Shown here piece by piece: positions 33,919 to 37,324 of a stretch of 37,324 bases of DNA (position 1 is its first letter; every line of letters starts with the position of its first letter). The translations under genes and the position numbers were made by a program. A model generated the notes under the pieces. It worked only from the letters and a program-made list of their open reading frames with translations, had not been told where the DNA came from and made no database searches. The DNA is from Octopus bimaculoides. Taxonomy: Eukaryota. The stretch spans positions 47,835,849 to 47,873,172 of the forward strand of contig NC_068986.1 of NCBI RefSeq assembly GCF_001194135.2. The letters are read 5' to 3'.

Positions 33919-34704
33919 CATTAAGCCACATACAGTAAAATGCAAAAGCAGTTTGAAGAATTAGGAAAACTGTAACTCTGTAAAATCAGTTACAATTGTG
34001 TACAATGAATTCAAGGACTTTTTTTTGTTTTCGTGTTTCTCACTTAACACGTTGTAACCAGGCCCCAGCTGAGTTTTGAATCATAGCTCTGAGCTTCTCG
34101 CACTCCAGAACCATAACCTAATATATCTCCATAAAACGAAAGACATCATCGTTAAAGACTTTAAAACCAACGTGGCTGTGATTCAATTAAATCAGCATTA
34201 TCTGTCTCATTGCAGTTGACAGCAAACTTCATGAAACGTGAACGAGTTTTTCCACCAAACAGTTTTTCCGCCAAAGTTTTCCCGAAATCTCTCGAAACAT
34301 GGATTACAGTTACAAAGTGTTGGCAAATTCAACTTCATGTCAGAGCCATCAGCCGTCTAGAGGAGATTATGTCATCTTTTGGATCAGTGGCTCACTCACA
34401 GTTTGTTTTTTTTAATGTAACATGATTATGTTGTATTCGACAAAATACACCCTATTGCTGAGTAATGTGCATCATATGCTGTAATTTAAATTCCTTCAAC
34501 TTATTTTATTTTCAAAAACTATGCCCTAATTTATGTTATAATATTACAAGATATTAATATATTACACAACAGGGTGGCTGGCTAGCAAAAGTTAGACTTC
34601 TTCTTTTGTTATACACTCTCAAGTAACATGTGGACATCGCAGGTTCCTCTGTGTGTGTGTGTGTGTGCGTGCGTGTGTGTGCATGTGTGTGTGTGTGTAT
34701 GTGT

Positions 34705-34739
<35 letters not shown>

Positions 34740-35559
34740 NNNNNNNNNNNNNNNNNNNNNNNNNNNNNNNNNNNNNNNNNNNNNNNNNNNNNNNNNNNNN
34801 NNNNNNNNNNNNNNNNNNNNNNNNNNNNNNNNNNNNNNNNNNNNNNNNNNNNNNNNNNNNNNNNNNNNNNNNNNNNNNNNNNNNNNNNNNNNNNNNNNNN
34901 NNNNNNNNNNNNNNNNNNNNNNNNNNNNNNNNNNNNNNNNNNNNNNNNNNNNNNNNNNNNNNNNNNNNNNNNNNNNNNNNNNNNNNNNNNNNNNNNNNNN
35001 NNNNNNNNNNNNNNNNNNNNNNNNNNNNNNNNNNNNNNNNNNNNNNNNNNNNNNNNNNNNNNNNNNNNNNNNNNNNNNNNNNNNNNNNNNNNNNNNNNNN
35101 NNNNNNNNNNNNNNNNNNNNNNNNNNNNNNNNNNNNNNNNNNNNNNNNNNNNNNNNNNNNNNNNNNNNNNNNNNNNNNNNNNNNNNNNNNNNNNNNNNNN
35201 NNNNNNNNNNNNNNNNNNNNNNNNNNNNNNNNNNNNNNNNNNNNNNNNNNNNNNNNNNNNNNNNNNNNNNNNNNNNNNNNNNNNNNNNNNNNNNNNNNNN
35301 NNNNNNNNNNNNNNNNNNNNNNNNNNNNNNNNNNNNNNNNNNNNNNNNNNNNNNNNNNNNNNNNNNNNNNNNNNNNNNNNNNNNNNNNNNNNNNNNNNNN
35401 NNNNNNNNNNNNNNNNNNNNNNNNNTTCGATAGTCTCGGGGAAGTTAAAGTAACAAATTCACAAACACACAAACTTGACATTTATTATTATAGATATGTG
35501 TGTGTGTGTGTATGTGTGTGTGTGTATTTGTGTGTGTGTGTATTTGTGTGTGTGTGTGT

Positions 35560-35790
35560 GTATTTGTGTGTTTGTGTCTGTGTTTGTCCCTCTACCATCG
35601 CTTGACAACCGATCTTGGTGTGTTTACGTCCCCGTAACTTAGCGGTTCGGTAAAAGTGATCGATAGAATAAATACCATGCTTACAAAGAATAAGTCCAGG
35701 GGTATATTTCTTCGACTGAAAAACCCTTTAAAGTGGTGCTCCAGCATGACCACATTCAAAATGACTGAAACATGTAAGAGAATAAAAGAA
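35560..35790 (+). mobile_element. SINE family A, 3' half
   Basis: TGTGTTTGTCCCTCTACCATCGCTTGACAACCGAT...GGTGCTCCAGCATGACCAC...ATGACTGAAAC...AAGAGAATAAAAGAA. Confidence 0.9.
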
Positions 35791-36677
35791 TATATGGGGG
35801 TACCCAAAAGAAACCGGAATTTTCCAATATTATTTTATTCACTCGGTTTTACATGCTTACACTTTTATCGCCTCTAATCTATTCTCTGTTTGAAGCAATG
35901 CACTCGGCCAGCCGCGTTTTCCACTGTTCGAAGTAGTGCTGGAGCTCTTGTTAAGTGATGCCTTTGAACGTCGTTTTTTTTTTCTTTAACTCTTCCACAA
36001 GTGCAAATTCTGTAGCACCAGCTTTCGTCACCAATGATGAAATCCCAATAAAGATACAGAACAACTTCCATCTAATCTTTCAGTTCCCCACAGACATTCA
36101 GTCGTGACTGCATTTGATCTTCCGTGAGCAAGCGAGCACAAATTTTGCTGCAGTTCTTTTCATTCGCAATTCCTCACTCAATATTCGTTGCCAGGAGCTC
36201 CAGGACACACCAGTCAATTGTTCGGTGAAGTTCCTGCAAGATCACTTCATGAATTTTCAAGTTGCTTTCATTCGTTCGGGATGTCAACAGTCGTCCTGAA
36301 TTTGCAGATGTGAAGAACAAGTGACCATTCTTAAAGTGCGGAAACCACTTATTAACTAATGTTTTGCTCCTGGCAGCGTCCTTGTAAGTAGTTTCAAGCA
36401 TGACAGCTGTTTCGACCGCCCTTTTCCTCAGCAAAAAAAAACAGAATTTCACGAATGCACGCTGTTTCTTAGTTTCAACTATCGCAAACAATCGACGAAC
36501 AGAGAAAAAGCACCGCAAAACAAGGACGCACCACGTGGCAGCACGACTTCAATCGACGACACCGGTCGACAGACTGATGCCTGATGGTCGCACCAAGTGG
36601 CTTCTAACGGTAGAAACCTGAACTTGTGGCTTGTGCCACAGAGAACGTTTCTAGTCACTTTTGTGTACCCCCACGTA
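35791..36677 (-). mobile_element. Internally deleted mariner-family element (~885 bp)
   Basis: TIRs TATATGGGGGTACCCAAAAG and (reverse complement) TACGTGGGGGTACACAAAAG. Minus frames give QRAFVKFCF..RK..VET..ML...Y.D...SK..V.KWF..FKNG...SGR, IIGDESWCY joined directly to the C-terminal YFEQWKTRLAECIASNRE. Confidence 0.85.
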
Positions 36678-37324
36678 GAAGCCATTTGATGCGACCCTCA
36701 GGCATCAGTCTGCGCGCGCGCACACGCACACACACTCACACACACACACACTCACGCACACAATAATGGTTACATACAAAGGCAGTTGATGTGGGAAATT
36801 ACCCGATTGTATTCAGCTGGATTTCGTTGGCTTTACCTCTCTCTTTGCCTATCGTTAAGGTCCGTCGGTTTGTTTTCTGTCTTTGTTTTTGTATAGGTAT
36901 ACTTAACTGGGGTATACACGTACTTAAAACAATTCTGTTCCTGAGTGCAGTTAGTGATAGAGTTTGGTGTAATTCTATTAACACGCTTTGCAAATAGTAA
37001 TAGTTTACAGGTGTCAGATTATCGTGATAAAGCAAATATGAAAAATATGAAGGATGTACACTTGTTAATATATGTATATAAGTAGTGTTCGTAGCCACTT
37101 CAACATGGCTGTCCGCTAAAACGGACTGTACTGCAATTTTTAACCACAATAGGATACCTTCTCTCGCTTGTTAACGATGCACAGCTGCATCCGAAATATT
37201 GCGAGCAGTGGAGCGAACCCCTACCACCAGCAGACTGGCCCTTTCTCGAGCTATTTCTGCCTCTCTTCAGTACTGGACAATTCGTCTGCTAGAGATGAAT
37301 TTTTATTACGATAAATATTATCGT

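Noticed and set aside
36799-37324. Candidate acceptors (TTTTTGTATAG, CACAATAG) and short open frames near the window end
   Set aside because: Frames close quickly and resemble no family I recognise; insufficient support.

Overview
Eukaryotic, AT-rich, microsatellite-laden draft-assembly DNA with many N gaps. The SINE families and repeat landscape look like an octopod cephalopod genome (inference, not checked). I can support no intact host protein-coding gene; nearly all long ORFs in the track are microsatellite or N-gap artefacts. The window is a mosaic of decayed transposons: three tRNA-derived SINE families (called A, B and C here; about 25 copies or fragments), four mariner-family elements, a Chapaev/CMC DNA transposon 5' half, a Penelope-like (PLE) GIY-YIG fragment, an RTE LINE fragment split by a nested insertion, an R4/Dong-like RLE retrotransposon embedded in (TACA)n, a MITE and possible Helitron ends. 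The most notable unannotated structure is a ~520-bp foldback at 12935-13455. It consists of two divergent PLE terminal repeats, each ending in a minimal type I hammerhead-ribozyme motif with a non-canonical CCGAC(G/A)A core and a palindromic helix III. Also notable are a minisatellite amplified from an 18-mer of SINE C, an 82-bp-arm hairpin, and a CpG-rich candidate promoter/exon.
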